Below, piece after piece: positions 31,014 to 42,224 of a stretch of DNA of 64,000 nt; the stretch's first letter is position 1; every line of letters begins with the position of its first letter. This DNA is from Gallionella sp. (GTDB lineage Bacteria; Pseudomonadota; Gammaproteobacteria; Burkholderiales; Gallionellaceae). The notes below the pieces were generated by a model. The model had not been told where the DNA came from. It did no database searches and was given only the letters and a program-made list of their open reading frames with translations. A program made the position numbers and the translations under genes. The stretch covers positions 49,972-113,971 of the forward strand of contig JAQUAI010000005.1 of NCBI GenBank assembly GCA_028687335.1. The letters are read 5' to 3'.

Positions 31014-32576
31014 ATGACTGAGCTTAATCTGCATTTCGATAATCGTTTTATTCGTGAGTTGCCCGGCGACGACTCCGGTTCGCCGCATTCGCGTCAGACA
31101 CCGCATGTGTGTTGGGCGCGAGTCGCACCGACTGTGGTGAGCAAGCCGCGTCTTTTGGCGTATGCGCCGGAAGTGGCTGCTTTGCTGGGGTTGTCTGTTG
31201 ACGCAGTCGAATCGGAAAATTTCGCCGAGGTATTTGGCGGCAATCGCTTGCTGCCGGGAATGGCGGCTTATGCCACCCGCTATGGCGGCCACCAATTTGG
31301 TAATTGGGCGGGGCAGTTGGGCGATGGTCGCGCGATCAGTCTGGGTGAGTCGGTCAATTCGCAAGGTGAGCGATGGGAGTTGCAACTCAAAGGGGCTGGC
31401 ATTACGCCCTATTCGCGTCGTGCTGATGGTCGCGCAGTGCTGCGTTCTTCGATACGTGAATTTTTATGCAGCGAGGCGATGTTTCATCTTGGCGTGCCTA
31501 CCACCCGCGCTTTGAGTTTGATTAGTACGGGTGATGTCGTGCGGCGCGATATGTTTTATGACGGCAACCCGCGCGATGAGATGGGGGCTGTGGTGTGCCG
31601 AGTTGCGCCTTCGTTTACCCGTTTCGGACACTTCGAGATACTTGCAGCACAAGGTGAAATGACATTGCTGCGACAACTGGTGGCTTTCACCATCGAACGC
31701 GACTTCCCCCACCTATCGGGCCCGATAGAGGCGCGTTTCGCCGCGTGGTTTAGCGAAGTATGCGAACGCACTGCGCAACTCATGGTGGCGTGGATGCGGG
31801 TCGGTTTCGTGCACGGCGTGATGAATACCGACAACATGTCCATCCTCGGTCTCACGATCGACTACGGTCCCTATGGCTGGGTGGATAACTTTGATCCCAG
31901 CTGGACACCGAACACCACCGACGAAGACCTGCGTCGGTACAGCTTTGGCAAACAGCCAAAAATCGCACGTTGGAATTTGGAGCGTTTGGCTGATGCTCTG
32001 ATGCCGGTTGCGCCCGATAGAAAACTGCTGGCAGCGGGTTTGATCGTCTATGACCAAGTGCTGCAACGCGAGATGCAAACCATGCTGACGGCAAAATTCG
32101 GCTGGTTGAACCCATGTGATGGGGATGATGCGTTGCTCGGTGAGATATTCGGGCTGATGCAACAGTGCGAAGTTGATATGACGGAGTTTTTCCGTGCGTT
32201 GGCGCTGGTTGATGTGCGCCAACCCGACGTGCAGACATTGGCATCAAGTTTTTATCAGCCGCTGCTATTTGATAATCACCGTGCGCTACTCGATGATTGG
32301 CTGCAACGCTATTCTGAGCGCGTGTTGAGCGAAGCGGAAAATGAACCGACACGGCGCGAGCGCATGAATCGGGTGAATCCCCGTTTTGTTTTGCGTAACT
32401 ACCTTGCGCAACAAGCCATTGAAGCGGCAGAGCAGGGCGATATGGCGCCGCTGCATCGCCTGTTGCAGGCGGCACGTCAACCTTATGCGGAAGACTGTCC
32501 CGCCGACCTCATCGCCAAGCGCCCAGAGTGGGCGCGGCATAAAGCCGGTGCGTCGATGTTGTCGTGCAGTTCTTAG
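31014..32576 (+). CDS. selO: Protein adenylyltransferase SelO/YdiU
   Basis: [25 protein letters not shown] and C-terminal SCSS. Confidence 0.95.
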   Translation: MTELNLHFDNRFIRELPGDDSGSPHSRQTPHVCWARVAPTVVSKPRLLAYAPEVAALLGLSVDAVESENFAEVFGGNRLLPGMAAYATRYGGHQFGNWAGQLGDGRAISLGESVNSQGERWELQLKGAGITPYSRRADGRAVLRSSIREFLCSEAMFHLGVPTTRALSLISTGDVVRRDMFYDGNPRDEMGAVVCRVAPSFTRFGHFEILAAQGEMTLLRQLVAFTIERDFPHLSGPIEARFAAWFSEVCERTAQLMVAWMRVGFVHGVMNTDNMSILGLTIDYGPYGWVDNFDPSWTPNTTDEDLRRYSFGKQPKIARWNLERLADALMPVAPDRKLLAAGLIVYDQVLQREMQTMLTAKFGWLNPCDGDDALLGEIFGLMQQCEVDMTEFFRALALVDVRQPDVQTLASSFYQPLLFDNHRALLDDWLQRYSERVLSEAENEPTRRERMNRVNPRFVLRNYLAQQAIEAAEQGDMAPLHRLLQAARQPYAEDCPADLIAKRPEWARHKAGASMLSCSS

Positions 32577-33826
32577 ATACGCTCGATTACCGCTGCAAAA
32601 AAACCGTCCGTGTTGTGTTGTAACGGGGTGAGTTCAAGGTAATCGCCCATTTCCAGTTCGACTTTCTGTTGTTGGAGTACTTCGCTAGCGGAGATCAGTT
32701 TGAAGTCGGGATGTTGGGCCAGAAAAGCTTCGACGATGGCTTGGTTTTCTTCACGCAAAATGCTGCAAGTGGCGTAAACCAAACGGCCACCTTTTTTCAG
32801 CAGACGGCTGGCCGAGGCAAGGATGGCGGTTTGCTTTTGCGTTAACTCTTCCACGCTGCCGGGGGATTGGCGGAATTTGAGATCAGGGTTTCGGCGCAAC
32901 GTGCCCAAGCCGCTGCACGGTGCATCAACTAGTACGCGGTCGATTTTCCCGGCGAGGCGTTTTACTTTGAGATCATTCTCGTGCGAGATGAGCATGGGCT
33001 GGATGTTGCTGGCACCGGAACGCTTCAGACGCGGTTTGAGATTGGCGAGACGTTTTTCCGACACGTCCAACGCGTACAAACGGCCCTGAGAATTCATCTG
33101 AGCGGCGAGCATCAGAGTTTTACCACCTGCTCCGGCGCAAAAATCCACCACCATATCGTTACGTTTCGGGTTGAGTAACAGCCCTAGTAATTGACTTCCC
33201 TCGTCTTGGACTTCAACCTTGCCTTCAGTGAATAGCGCATCGCGGTTGATGGGCACTTTTTCTTTGAGGCGGATGCCCAGCGGTGAGTAGGGTGTAGCAG
33301 TGGCGGCAATGTTCTTCGCGTGCAGTTGCGTTAGCACTTCATCGCGTTTGGCTAGCAGCGTGTTGACGCGCAAATCCAGCGGGGCACCTTGCTGCAAGCT
33401 TTGTCCGAGTGCAAGAATTTCTGCATCGGTATAGACCGTGCGCAGTTTTTCCACCAACCATTCGGGTAACTCGGCTTGCACAGACAGTGACAACGTTTCT
33501 GCTTTCACGCCCTTGACGGTGGCAAGCCATTCTTTTTCGGTGTGTTTCAGAACCGGATCAATCTCGCGCAGGTTGTAGCCGCCAAAACGCAGAAAGTAAG
33601 CCAGTGCCATGCGGCGCGGCGTGGGGGAATCGCCGCATGTGTGTTCTAACAACAGCCGGTGACGCAAGGTGCCGAACACGGTTTCCGCGACCAGTGCGCG
33701 CTCGTTCGAGCCGATGCGATTATCCTGAAAGAAGTAGCGCAAAGTGGTGTCGGCGGGATGTGCCAGCGGCAGGATGGCGCGTAGGGCTTGGATGACGAGG
33801 TCGAGGCGGTATTCGGTAATGAGCAT
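32573..33826 (-). CDS. RsmB/NOP-family RNA m5C methyltransferase
   Basis: [24 protein letters not shown] and YATCS. Confidence 0.92.
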   Translation of the reverse strand: MLITEYRLDLVIQALRAILPLAHPADTTLRYFFQDNRIGSNERALVAETVFGTLRHRLLLEHTCGDSPTPRRMALAYFLRFGGYNLREIDPVLKHTEKEWLATVKGVKAETLSLSVQAELPEWLVEKLRTVYTDAEILALGQSLQQGAPLDLRVNTLLAKRDEVLTQLHAKNIAATATPYSPLGIRLKEKVPINRDALFTEGKVEVQDEGSQLLGLLLNPKRNDMVVDFCAGAGGKTLMLAAQMNSQGRLYALDVSEKRLANLKPRLKRSGASNIQPMLISHENDLKVKRLAGKIDRVLVDAPCSGLGTLRRNPDLKFRQSPGSVEELTQKQTAILASASRLLKKGGRLVYATCSILREENQAIVEAFLAQHPDFKLISASEVLQQQKVELEMGDYLELTPLQHNTDGFFAAVIERI

Positions 33827-33863
33827 GATAAGTAACCTGATTGATTGGTGCGGAGTTTAACGT

Positions 33864-34847
33864 TTATTTGTCTGCCACGCGGATGTCGGAAATAACCATC
33901 TCGGCGGCGGTCTTACCGCTGCGGTTCAGATGGCGGATTTTGACTGGCAACATGCGATATTCGAGGCCGAGCCAGACTTCCAGACCTTCTTCACCAGGGC
34001 CGATGATTTTGCGCAAGGGTAGAGTGCGCAGTCGCCCCATACGGGTGTTGATAAATTCTTCGTTACCGATGGCAAGTTGATACGACTCCAGCTTTTTGCC
34101 GTTGCTGATATACAGCGGAATGGCATCGCGGTCTTGCGGCAGTTGCGCAAGTTGGTACAGAAAGCTCAACATGTCTTGCGCGCCAGCTTGCAGTTCGCTA
34201 CTCGAGCCGTTGGCAAAGCTGACACGATGTTGTGTCCAATTGAAATCGGCGCGGTGATCTTCTTCGCCTTTGTTGGTTTTTTTGTGCTGGTGGTAGCTGT
34301 CGGGTTGCAGGCCGCGTGCATCCACACTGCCGCTGCTGGTTTCGGTGAAGTCGAAGGTGATAAAGCTCATCCATCCGGTCGGTTTCACGGCGGAAGTCAG
34401 GGTGTAGCGTCCGTTTTCAATTTTCAGGTGGTGGCGTGATTCGCCTACGGGAGAGTCGGTGCCCATAAATAAGATGAAAGTCAGTTGTGCTTCATCGGGC
34501 AGGGACGGTTTAGTCGCAACGAGTTCGGGTTCTGCGGCTTCCGGCGGTTGCGGCTCGGGATCAATTTGTCGTGGCTCATCTGTAACAGGCGGTTCGGATG
34601 GCGTATCGGTTGCGACAGTTTCCGCCACGGCAGGGGCTGGTTTGGGTAACGGCTTGGGTTTCTCTTTGGGTGCTACGGTGGCGGCCTGACGGGGCAGGGG
34701 CTCAAGCTTGGCTTGTAGCGGCGGCAGTAAGGGTTCGCTGGGCGGTAATTCGACCATCGGTGTAAACACGATCAGCGCATGGACGAGTAGCGAAATTGCC
34801 AGCGCCATTAAAAAGCGCCCATGTTCTGTTCGGGGGAGTGCGATCAC
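33864..34847 (-). CDS. DUF3108-family protein with N-terminal TM and Pro-rich linker
   Basis: GLQPDSY, AQDMLSFLYQL and EVWLG...LPVKIR. Confidence 0.8.
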   Translation of the reverse strand: MIALPRTEHGRFLMALAISLLVHALIVFTPMVELPPSEPLLPPLQAKLEPLPRQAATVAPKEKPKPLPKPAPAVAETVATDTPSEPPVTDEPRQIDPEPQPPEAAEPELVATKPSLPDEAQLTFILFMGTDSPVGESRHHLKIENGRYTLTSAVKPTGWMSFITFDFTETSSGSVDARGLQPDSYHQHKKTNKGEEDHRADFNWTQHRVSFANGSSSELQAGAQDMLSFLYQLAQLPQDRDAIPLYISNGKKLESYQLAIGNEEFINTRMGRLRTLPLRKIIGPGEEGLEVWLGLEYRMLPVKIRHLNRSGKTAAEMVISDIRVADK

Positions 34848-35548
34848 GGTTTGATTTGGATGCTACTCAGCACCTGCGTGAGTTGCTCGCCGTTTGCATC
34901 GGTGATGGTCATTTTGCAGGGCAAGTTGCTATGCTCGGTTGCTAGCCAAATTTCGGTACGACTTTCGCCTTGTTTGGCTTGGCTGTCGAGGTAGCGCGTA
35001 TTGAATTTTCCTGCGGGGGTCTCGATGCGCTGGTTGGGTTTGATCGCATAGCGATAGTTATCCAGCTTGCTACCGTTGGTCATTGGAAATTCGATTTTGC
35101 TGTTGTCGGTATTAATGAACATAAACTGATACATCGCACTTAGCCTGTCCTGTGCGCCGCCGGGGAGATCAAACTCATTGCGTTGACCGTGGTTAATCAA
35201 TGTCAGTTTTTTGTTTGCCCAATCGAATTCCGCGCGACTTTCGCGGCTGTCGTCGCGTTCACGCTGATGTTTGAACGCGCGTGGTTGCAGTCCTTGAGCG
35301 GTGATGTTGCCGCTGCTGGTGATAAAGATTTTTTCCGGTTTAAACATGGCCAGCAGTCCTACTGGGCGTGTGGTGCTGCTCAGTGTGTAGCGGTCTTGTT
35401 CACGGCTGAATGTTTCGCTGATTTCGCCAACTTTGAGCTGACCTTTGTAGAGGTCGTAGATAGCTTGAATATGCATGGGGGCGGCTTGAACGGCGAACGG
35501 CAAAACACACAACGCCAGCCATGCGAGGGTTTGCAGCAGTTTACTCAT
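34844..35548 (-). CDS. DUF3108-family exported protein
   Basis: Signal peptide; GLQPRAF, AQDRLS and EIWLA...LPCK. Confidence 0.8.
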   Translation of the reverse strand: MSKLLQTLAWLALCVLPFAVQAAPMHIQAIYDLYKGQLKVGEISETFSREQDRYTLSSTTRPVGLLAMFKPEKIFITSSGNITAQGLQPRAFKHQRERDDSRESRAEFDWANKKLTLINHGQRNEFDLPGGAQDRLSAMYQFMFINTDNSKIEFPMTNGSKLDNYRYAIKPNQRIETPAGKFNTRYLDSQAKQGESRTEIWLATEHSNLPCKMTITDANGEQLTQVLSSIQIKP

Positions 35549-35552
35549 GGTG

Positions 35553-36191
35553 TTACTCCAGTCCGGGTGAGATCAGCGCGAAACCCGATTGTTTGCGCCG
35601 CCGCAGTCTGACATGACCTTCGGATGTGAGTTCAACCTGATCTTGGCATAGCCAACGCACGACTTGCGGAAACACGCGATGCTCTTCGCGCAACACGCGT
35701 TTGGACAGGGACTGCTCGGTGTCATCCTGCAATACTGGCACGACAGCTTGGACGATGATGGGGCCGTGGTCGAGGTCAGGCGTGACGAAGTGCACCGTGC
35801 AACCGTGCACCTTCACGCCATCCTGCAAGGCGCGAGCATGAGTATGCAGGCCGCCGTAGGAAGGCAATAGCGAGGGGTGGATATTAATTAAACGTCCCTG
35901 ATAGTGCGCCACGAAAGCCGGAGTGAGAATGCGCATGAAACCGGCGAGAATGACGAAGTCCGGCTGATAGGTGTCGATTAGCTGCGCCAAAGCAGTGTCG
36001 AAACTTTCTCGGTTGGGGTGCTGGGCATGAGCGACCACTTCGGTGGGGATGCCGTGCTGCTGAGCTGTCTCTAATCCTTTCGCATCGGCGCGATTGCTGA
36101 TTACCGCCGCAATGTGGCACGGCAGCTTCGCCTCCAGCAGTGCCTGCATATTGCTGCCACGGCCGGAGATGAGGATGACGATTTTTTTCAC
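35553..36191 (-). CDS. purN: Phosphoribosylglycinamide formyltransferase
   Basis: LISGRGSNM, LAGFMRIL, NIHPSLLP and DLDHGPI. Confidence 0.97.
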   Translation of the reverse strand: MKKIVILISGRGSNMQALLEAKLPCHIAAVISNRADAKGLETAQQHGIPTEVVAHAQHPNRESFDTALAQLIDTYQPDFVILAGFMRILTPAFVAHYQGRLINIHPSLLPSYGGLHTHARALQDGVKVHGCTVHFVTPDLDHGPIIVQAVVPVLQDDTEQSLSKRVLREEHRVFPQVVRWLCQDQVELTSEGHVRLRRRKQSGFALISPGLE

Positions 36192-36196
36192 GGTGT

Positions 36197-37240
36197 TCAG
36201 CGTACCTGCGTTTGGTGCTCATCACCATTGCGTGTACGGATCACGCCGATGCGCGACACGGTTTCGCCTGAGGCTTGCAAGTGCTTGATGGCAGCGTCCG
36301 CATCTGCGGCTGCGATCACGATGACCATACCGATGCCGCAGTTGAAGGTGCGGAACATTTCTTGTGCATCGACGTTGCCCATCTCGCGCAGCCACTCGAA
36401 CAGCTTGGGCATTTGCCATGTTGTGCTGTCGATGTCGGCAACTACATTGGCGGGTAGTACGCGCGGCACGTTCTCGGTGATGCCGCCGCCGGTGATGTGC
36501 GCCATACCTTTGATGGTGATGGTTTGCATGAGTGACAACATCGGTTTCACGTACAAGCGTGTCGGTGCCATGATGCAGTCAGCCAGCGAACGGTCTCCGT
36601 CGAAATTGGCATTCAGATCGGGCTTGCTGCGTTCGATGATTTTACGTACTAGCGAATAGCCGTTGGAGTGTGCGCCGTTGGAAGCGAGGCCCAGCACTAC
36701 GTCGCCTGCCTTGATATCAGCACCGGTGATGATTTTTGATTTTTCAACAACGCCGACGGCGAAGCCTGCGAGGTCGTATTCACCGACGGGATACATACCG
36801 GGCATCTCGGCTGTTTCGCCGCCAATCAGTGCGCAACCAGAATCTTCGCAGCCCTTGGCGATACCCTTGATTACCTCGGTGGCGGCGGGAACGTCCAACT
36901 TGCCGCAGGCGAAGTAGTCGAGGAAGAACAACGGTTCGGCACCTTGTACCAGAATATCGTTCACGCTCATGGCAACTAGATCGATACCGACGGTGTCGTG
37001 ACGATTTAGCTCAAAAGCCAGTTTTAGTTTGGTGCCTACGCCATCGGTACCAGAAACCAGTACCGGTTCTTTGTATTTTTTTGAAATCTCCACTAGGCCG
37101 CCAAAGCCGCCGATACCGGACAGGACTTCGGGGCGCATGGTGCGCTTGGCGTAGGGTTTGATGTTCTCGACCAGTTGGTCGCCTGCGTCGATATCGACAC
37201 CGGCATCGCGGTAGGAGAGGCTGGAATTGGAAGTGCTCAA
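36197..37240 (-). CDS. purM: AIR synthase
   Basis: [25 protein letters not shown] and AHITGGG; probable TTG start at 37240. Confidence 0.97.
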   Translation of the reverse strand: MSTSNSSLSYRDAGVDIDAGDQLVENIKPYAKRTMRPEVLSGIGGFGGLVEISKKYKEPVLVSGTDGVGTKLKLAFELNRHDTVGIDLVAMSVNDILVQGAEPLFFLDYFACGKLDVPAATEVIKGIAKGCEDSGCALIGGETAEMPGMYPVGEYDLAGFAVGVVEKSKIITGADIKAGDVVLGLASNGAHSNGYSLVRKIIERSKPDLNANFDGDRSLADCIMAPTRLYVKPMLSLMQTITIKGMAHITGGGITENVPRVLPANVVADIDSTTWQMPKLFEWLREMGNVDAQEMFRTFNCGIGMVIVIAAADADAAIKHLQASGETVSRIGVIRTRNGDEHQTQVR

Positions 37241-37304
37241 GTTGAGTTCTCGCTTTCTTCGGGATAGAGTGCCGCACATTTTTCGAATACGGATTTTACC
37301 CGAA

Positions 37305-38363
37305 ATGCCTTTTAACCGCTCTGTCGCCATGCAATGGTTAGCTGTTTTTGCCGTTCTGTTCGCGCTACTGTACCTGCTGGGCCCGATTCTTACGCCTTTT
37401 GTGGCGGCTGCGATTCTGGCTTATATCTGCAATCCGCTGGCACAACGGCTTTATGCATGGAAGGTGCCGCGCACGCTTGCGGTGGTACTGGTGATGGGCG
37501 GGTTGTTGTTGGCGTTCGTACTGTTGCTGCTGATTCTGCTGCCGTTGTTGCAAAAAGAGATAGGCTTATTCGTGACAAGGCTGCCGGAATGGGCGGAGTC
37601 AGCGCACCTGCATTTGTTGCCCTTGCTGCAACAATGGTTTGGCGCGAATTTGGAATGGGATAGTGCCGCGTTGAAAGATATGTTGCTGAGTCATTGGCAG
37701 AGTGCGGGCAATGTGGCAGCCAAAATCCTGCCGTGGCTGGGTAACAGCGGCGGTGCGTTGTTTGCGGTATTGATGAATCTGCTACTGATTCCCGTGGTGA
37801 TGTTCTATCTGTTGCGAGATTGGGACGACATGATGGCGCGTATTAGTCACCTGCTTCCGCGCCATTGGCATGGCAAGGTGAGTGAAATCGCTGCCGAAGT
37901 GGATGGCATCTTGGCGGAATTTTTGCGCGGGCAAATTTCTGTGATGTTGTTGATGAGTGTTTTTTATGTGCTGGCGTTATGGTTGGTCGGTTTGGAATTT
38001 GCTTTACCCATCGGCATCGTCGCTGGCATGCTGGTATTTGTGCCTTACCTTGGCATGGTGATGGGGTTGGCATTGGCCACGCTGGCTGCCGCTATGCAAT
38101 TCACCGCCTTGGGTAGTGTGGTGTTGGTCTGGGTGGTATTCGGTGCGGGGCAGTTGCTGGAAGGGATGGTTGTGACCCCGATGCTGGTGGGCGAGCGCGT
38201 CGGTCTGCATCCGCTGGCAGTGATTTTTGCACTGATGGCGTTTGGTCAATTATTCGGTTTTTTCGGCCTTTTGCTGGCATTGCCACTGGCGGCGATTTTG
38301 CTGGTTGCATTGCGTCATGTCAGAACTGCTTATCTTGCTAGTGCTATGTATCGCCATCCATGA
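37305..38363 (+). CDS. AI-2E/PerM-family transporter
   Basis: Multiple TM helices, FVPYLG and GERVGLHPL; conserved purM-perM-hda synteny. Confidence 0.9.
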   Translation: MPFNRSVAMQWLAVFAVLFALLYLLGPILTPFVAAAILAYICNPLAQRLYAWKVPRTLAVVLVMGGLLLAFVLLLLILLPLLQKEIGLFVTRLPEWAESAHLHLLPLLQQWFGANLEWDSAALKDMLLSHWQSAGNVAAKILPWLGNSGGALFAVLMNLLLIPVVMFYLLRDWDDMMARISHLLPRHWHGKVSEIAAEVDGILAEFLRGQISVMLLMSVFYVLALWLVGLEFALPIGIVAGMLVFVPYLGMVMGLALATLAAAMQFTALGSVVLVWVVFGAGQLLEGMVVTPMLVGERVGLHPLAVIFALMAFGQLFGFFGLLLALPLAAILLVALRHVRTAYLASAMYRHP

Positions 38364-39001
38364 GTCAGTTGTTATTGGACATCACCCCAGGCTGGCAGCC
38401 TAGGCTGGGGAATTTTGTGCCGGGCCGCAATGCCGAGTTGCTTTCCGTATTGGGGCAAGCCTTGGCGACACGCGGCGAGCGTTGCATCTATTTATGGGGT
38501 GATAGCGGGAGCGGCAAGAGTCATCTGTTACGCGCCTGCGCGGAAGAGGCGGGCGGGATGTATGTCAACGGAGAGGTTCCATCTGTTGCGGCGATGATTG
38601 CTCTGGATGATGTCGAATCGCTGGACGATGCCGCACAAATACGTTTGTTCGACTTATACAATCAGATGCGTGAAAGTGGTGCGATGCTGCTGGTGAGTGG
38701 TAATGTCTCGCCCATGCACCTGACGCTGCGCGATGATTTGCGTACCCGTTTGGGCTGGGGTTTGGTGTATCAGTTGCACGGCTTGAGCGATGAAGAAAAG
38801 GCGCAAGCACTGGCACGTCACGCCGAATCTCGCGGCTTCGTGTTGAGCAGTGAAGTGACGCAATACCTGTTGCGGCATGGACGGCGTGATTTGCCCAGCC
38901 TAATGGCGACGCTGGACGCCTTGGATGCGAACTCATTGCGTTTGCATCGCACGCCATCGGTGCCGCTGCTCAAAGAAATTCTGCAACAAAAACCGGAGTA
39001 A
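38360..39001 (+). CDS. hda: DnaA regulatory inactivator Hda
   Basis: QLLL clamp-binding motif, WGDSGSGKSHLL and DLRTRLGWG. Confidence 0.93.
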   Translation: MSQLLLDITPGWQPRLGNFVPGRNAELLSVLGQALATRGERCIYLWGDSGSGKSHLLRACAEEAGGMYVNGEVPSVAAMIALDDVESLDDAAQIRLFDLYNQMRESGAMLLVSGNVSPMHLTLRDDLRTRLGWGLVYQLHGLSDEEKAQALARHAESRGFVLSSEVTQYLLRHGRRDLPSLMATLDALDANSLRLHRTPSVPLLKEILQQKPE

Positions 39002-39006
39002 TTGTA

Positions 39007-39669
39007 GTGAAGCTAGCTTTATTTGATTTGGACAATACGCTGCTGAATGGCGACAGCGATTTCGAGTGGTCACAATTTCTCATTCGTATCGGCGTGCTTG
39101 ATCGTGAGTTATTCGAAGCGAAGAACCTCGCGTTTTACGATGCGTATAAAGCTGGCACGCTGAACATCCAGGAGTTTCTGGATTTTCAATTGAAACCGCT
39201 ATCGCGTCATGCGCGCAAAACACTGGACGAGTGGCATCAGCAATTCATGCGCGAAAGCGTGATGCCGATGATTACCCCGCAATCCAGAGCATTGGTCGAG
39301 ACACATCGCGCCGTCGGCGACGTGTGCATCATCATTACTGCCACCAATAGTTTTGTGACCGCCCCCATCGCGCGCGAATTCGGTATTGAGCATCTGATTG
39401 CCACCGAGCCGGAACATCGCAATGGTGAATTCACCGGACGTGTCGAGGGGGTGCCCTCGTTTCGCGAAGGCAAAATCACGCGGCTGGAAGCTTGGTTGGC
39501 TGAGCGAGGCTGGACTTTGAGCAGCTTTACCGACAGCACGTTTTATAGCGATTCGATGAATGATTTACCATTGATGTGCCAAGTCAAACATCCGGTCGCA
39601 GCCAATCCCGATGAGACCTTGCGGGCACACGCTGAGCAGAATGGTTGGCGCATCATTAGCCTGCGTTAA
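39007..39669 (+). CDS. HAD-IB family hydrolase
   Basis: FDLDNTL, ITATN and YSDSMNDLP. Confidence 0.92.
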   Translation: MKLALFDLDNTLLNGDSDFEWSQFLIRIGVLDRELFEAKNLAFYDAYKAGTLNIQEFLDFQLKPLSRHARKTLDEWHQQFMRESVMPMITPQSRALVETHRAVGDVCIIITATNSFVTAPIAREFGIEHLIATEPEHRNGEFTGRVEGVPSFREGKITRLEAWLAERGWTLSSFTDSTFYSDSMNDLPLMCQVKHPVAANPDETLRAHAEQNGWRIISLR

Positions 39670-39902
39670 TGGCCTGTGTCGAGCATTTAGTATTGTACGG
39701 TTCCGAATATTGCCGCCTATGCGAACGAGCCGAGGCACTCTTAGCGCAAGCGGGAGTGGCTGCAACAGAGGTTGATATTGGTGATGATGAGGCGTTGATT
39801 GAGCAATACGGCACTTGCATCCCTGTGTTGCGTCGAACGGATACAGGGGAGGAGTTGGGGTGGCCTTTTGACCTCTTCGAGCTACAAGCATTTCTGGATT
39901 GA
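39669..39902 (+). CDS. Glutaredoxin-like (DUF836) protein
   Basis: CRLC, YG..IPVL and LGWPFD. Confidence 0.85.
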   Translation: MACVEHLVLYGSEYCRLCERAEALLAQAGVAATEVDIGDDEALIEQYGTCIPVLRRTDTGEELGWPFDLFELQAFLD

Positions 39903-39991
39903 GCGGAAAAAAACAGTCGATTTAATTAATAATTTTTTTGTAATTTTAGTAACACAATGAAAAATAACAAAAAAATATTATTAAATTCCCC

Positions 39992-40018
39992 TAAAGTTTT
40001 CCTAAGTGGTGTCGATAA
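39992..40018 (+). promoter_or_regulatory. Sigma28 (FliA) promoter
   Basis: TAAAGTTT-N11-GTCGATAA versus consensus TAAAGTTT-N11-GCCGATAA (1 mismatch, exact spacing). Confidence 0.85.
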
Positions 40019-40024
40019 CGTAAG

Positions 40025-40108
40025 CAAGAGTGCTGAGTTTGACCCCTTGCAAACCAGCAGTCCGTAACAACCCTCCGCTTACCCCCTTGGGCGGAGGGTC
40101 TCTTTTTT
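40025..40108 (+). ncRNA. Candidate sigma28-dependent sRNA with two C-rich loops
   Basis: Promoter upstream; hairpin 40031-40059 (loop ACCCCTTG); terminator hairpin 40070-40099 (loop ACCCCCTT) plus T6; no ORF. Confidence 0.65.
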
Positions 40109-40127
40109 GTAGGGGGAATTCCTACAA
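40107..40127. promoter_or_regulatory. TTGTAGG-N7-CCTACAA palindrome upstream of flhDC (candidate regulator site)
   Basis: Perfect 7-bp arms; an extra CCTACAA half-site at 40143-40149. Confidence 0.55.
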
Positions 40128-40285
40128 GACGATTCTCTCTCGCCTACAAAAAAAACGGCGACCTTCTAATTTCATTGCATCCCATGTTCCGAAATAATGC
40201 GACCGTCGAATCAAGGCGTAGCAAGGGGTAGCAAAATTGTCCTGATTCGGTTCTCGTTCTTAACTAGCTTAACAAGGGGGCTAAA

Positions 40286-40603
40286 ATGAACACAATGCAA
40301 CTGCAAGAAGGTATCCGTGAAATAAATCTGTCCTACCTGATGCTGGCTCAGCAGATGGTGAAAGAGGATAGACCCGCCGCGATTTATCGCTTGGGCATCA
40401 GCCAAGATATGGCCGATGTGATCGAAGGACTTTCTCCCGCGCAAATTATCAAAATGGCCGCATCCAATATGCTGCTGTGCTGCTTCCGCTTCGATGACAG
40501 CCTACTGTTTAATATGGTGACCGATTACAGCAAGGACAAGCTGATGGCGAAGGCTCATTCGGCTATCCTGATGTCAGCACAACCTGTCGCCGAATTAGCT
40601 TAG
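40286..40603 (+). CDS. flhD: Flagellar master regulator FlhD
   Basis: IREINLSYLMLAQ, YRLGIS and LCCFRFDD. Confidence 0.95.
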   Translation: MNTMQLQEGIREINLSYLMLAQQMVKEDRPAAIYRLGISQDMADVIEGLSPAQIIKMAASNMLLCCFRFDDSLLFNMVTDYSKDKLMAKAHSAILMSAQPVAELA

Positions 40604-40612
40604 AGGTGGCGA

Positions 40613-41161
40613 GTGGCAACTAAAACGGTAATCGGTGAAGCACAAGAGGTCGGCCTCGCTATTGAGCTGATCGAGCTGGGTGCCCGTTTACAGTTGTTAC
40701 AGGAAGAAACATCGCTGAGTCGTGAGCGTTTGTTGCGGCTATATAAGGAAGTCAAAGGTGAATCTCCCTCCAAGGGGATGCTGCCGTACTCGACCGACTG
40801 GTTTTTGAGTTGGCATGCCAATATTCACTCGTCACTTTTTATGGATATTCATCACTTCCTCGTTAAAAATGCGGGAATAGATGGTGTGCGTGCGCTGATT
40901 ACCGCGTATCGGCTGTATCTCGATCAAGTACAAGGTATCGAAAATGGTGAAGCGGTATTGAGTGTTACGCGCGCTTGGTTTTTGCTACGCTTCTTTAAAG
41001 CAGGTATGTTGCAATTCGTGCAGTGCAAAGAATGTGGCGGGCAGTTCGTTAGCCATGCCGACGATTTGCATAATGATTACGTCTGCGGTATTTGCCATCC
41101 TCCCGCTCGTGCTGGCAAAACTAAAGCCAGTAAAAATCTTGCCGAGTCCTCGTCGAGCTAA
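40613..41161 (+). CDS. flhC: Flagellar master regulator FlhC
   Basis: LGARLQ, KGMLPYSTDWF and Zn finger CKEC...CGICHPPARAGK. Confidence 0.96.
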   Translation: MATKTVIGEAQEVGLAIELIELGARLQLLQEETSLSRERLLRLYKEVKGESPSKGMLPYSTDWFLSWHANIHSSLFMDIHHFLVKNAGIDGVRALITAYRLYLDQVQGIENGEAVLSVTRAWFLLRFFKAGMLQFVQCKECGGQFVSHADDLHNDYVCGICHPPARAGKTKASKNLAESSSS

Positions 41162-41284
41162 ATAATTTTGCTTCTTCAATTGCGGTTAAAGAAATAAATA
41201 AATTGTCGAAAAAAGCCATGACGCTGTGTGTCGTATGTGGTGATTTGCATTTAGAATGCGGACAGTGAATCAGGGAGCGGAGTC

Positions 41285-42139
41285 ATGTTAGTCATCGTCG
41301 GTTATGTGGTGGTAGCGGGATCGGTATTCGGTGGTTTCGCCTTGGCAGGCGGACATTTGGCTGGTTTGTGGCAGCCGCTAGAATTGTTGATGATTGGCGG
41401 TGGTGCGCTGGGCGCATTTTTCGTCGGTAATACGATGAAAGCGATCAAAGCAACATTCAAAGATCTGCCGAATGTATTTAAAGGCTCCAAATACAGTAAA
41501 GATACCTACATGGAGTTGATGGCACTGATGTACGAGTTACTCGGCAAAGTGCGCAAAGAGGGTTTGATGTCTATCGAGGGCGATGTTGAAAAGCCGGAAG
41601 AAAGCCCTATCTTTTCCAAATATCCCAAAGTGTTGGCCGATCATCATGTGATCGAATTCATGACCGACTATCTGCGCATCATGGTCAGCGGTAACCTGAA
41701 TGCGATGGAAATCGAAAACCTGATGGATGTGGAGTTGGAAACGCACCATCACGAAGCGATGGTGGGTTCTCATGTGGTTGCAAAACTGGCTGACGGTATG
41801 CCAGCGTTCGGTATTGTTGCGGCGGTGATGGGCGTAGTGCACACCATGGAATCGGTGGGAGCGCCACCAGCCGAACTGGGGATGTTGATCGCGCACGCGC
41901 TTGTGGGTACTTTCCTCGGGATTTTGCTGGCATATGGTTTTGTGGGGCCGCTCTCTGCCCTGCTTGAGCAAAAAGCCGAAGAAAACGGCAAAATGTTTCA
42001 AGCGGTTAAGGTGGTGTTGCTGGCTAACCTGAACGGTTATGCACCGGCGATGGCGGTTGAATTCGGACGCAAAGTATTGAACTCCACTGAACGCCCTGGG
42101 TTTGCCGAGTTGGAAGAACACGTCAAACAAAAACGCTAA
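41285..42139 (+). CDS. motA: Flagellar stator MotA
   Basis: PAFGIVAAVMG, ALVGTFLGILLAYG and AVEFGRK. Confidence 0.96.
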   Translation: MLVIVGYVVVAGSVFGGFALAGGHLAGLWQPLELLMIGGGALGAFFVGNTMKAIKATFKDLPNVFKGSKYSKDTYMELMALMYELLGKVRKEGLMSIEGDVEKPEESPIFSKYPKVLADHHVIEFMTDYLRIMVSGNLNAMEIENLMDVELETHHHEAMVGSHVVAKLADGMPAFGIVAAVMGVVHTMESVGAPPAELGMLIAHALVGTFLGILLAYGFVGPLSALLEQKAEENGKMFQAVKVVLLANLNGYAPAMAVEFGRKVLNSTERPGFAELEEHVKQKR

Positions 42140-42224
42140 TTGGGGACTGGAAATGACGGAGATAAGCACATCTACTCGTCTCCTGCATTCCCATTTCTTA
42201 ATCCTCGCTGCTAAGCCTTAAATC

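Noticed and set aside
32560-32576. Selenocysteine in SelO
   Set aside because: The gene ends in Cys-Ser-Ser-TAG with no in-frame TGA.
40025-40110. c-di-GMP-I riboswitch upstream of flhDC
   Set aside because: GCAAACC is present, but the GNRA tetraloop/receptor and the rest of the consensus are missing; a sigma28 sRNA fits better.
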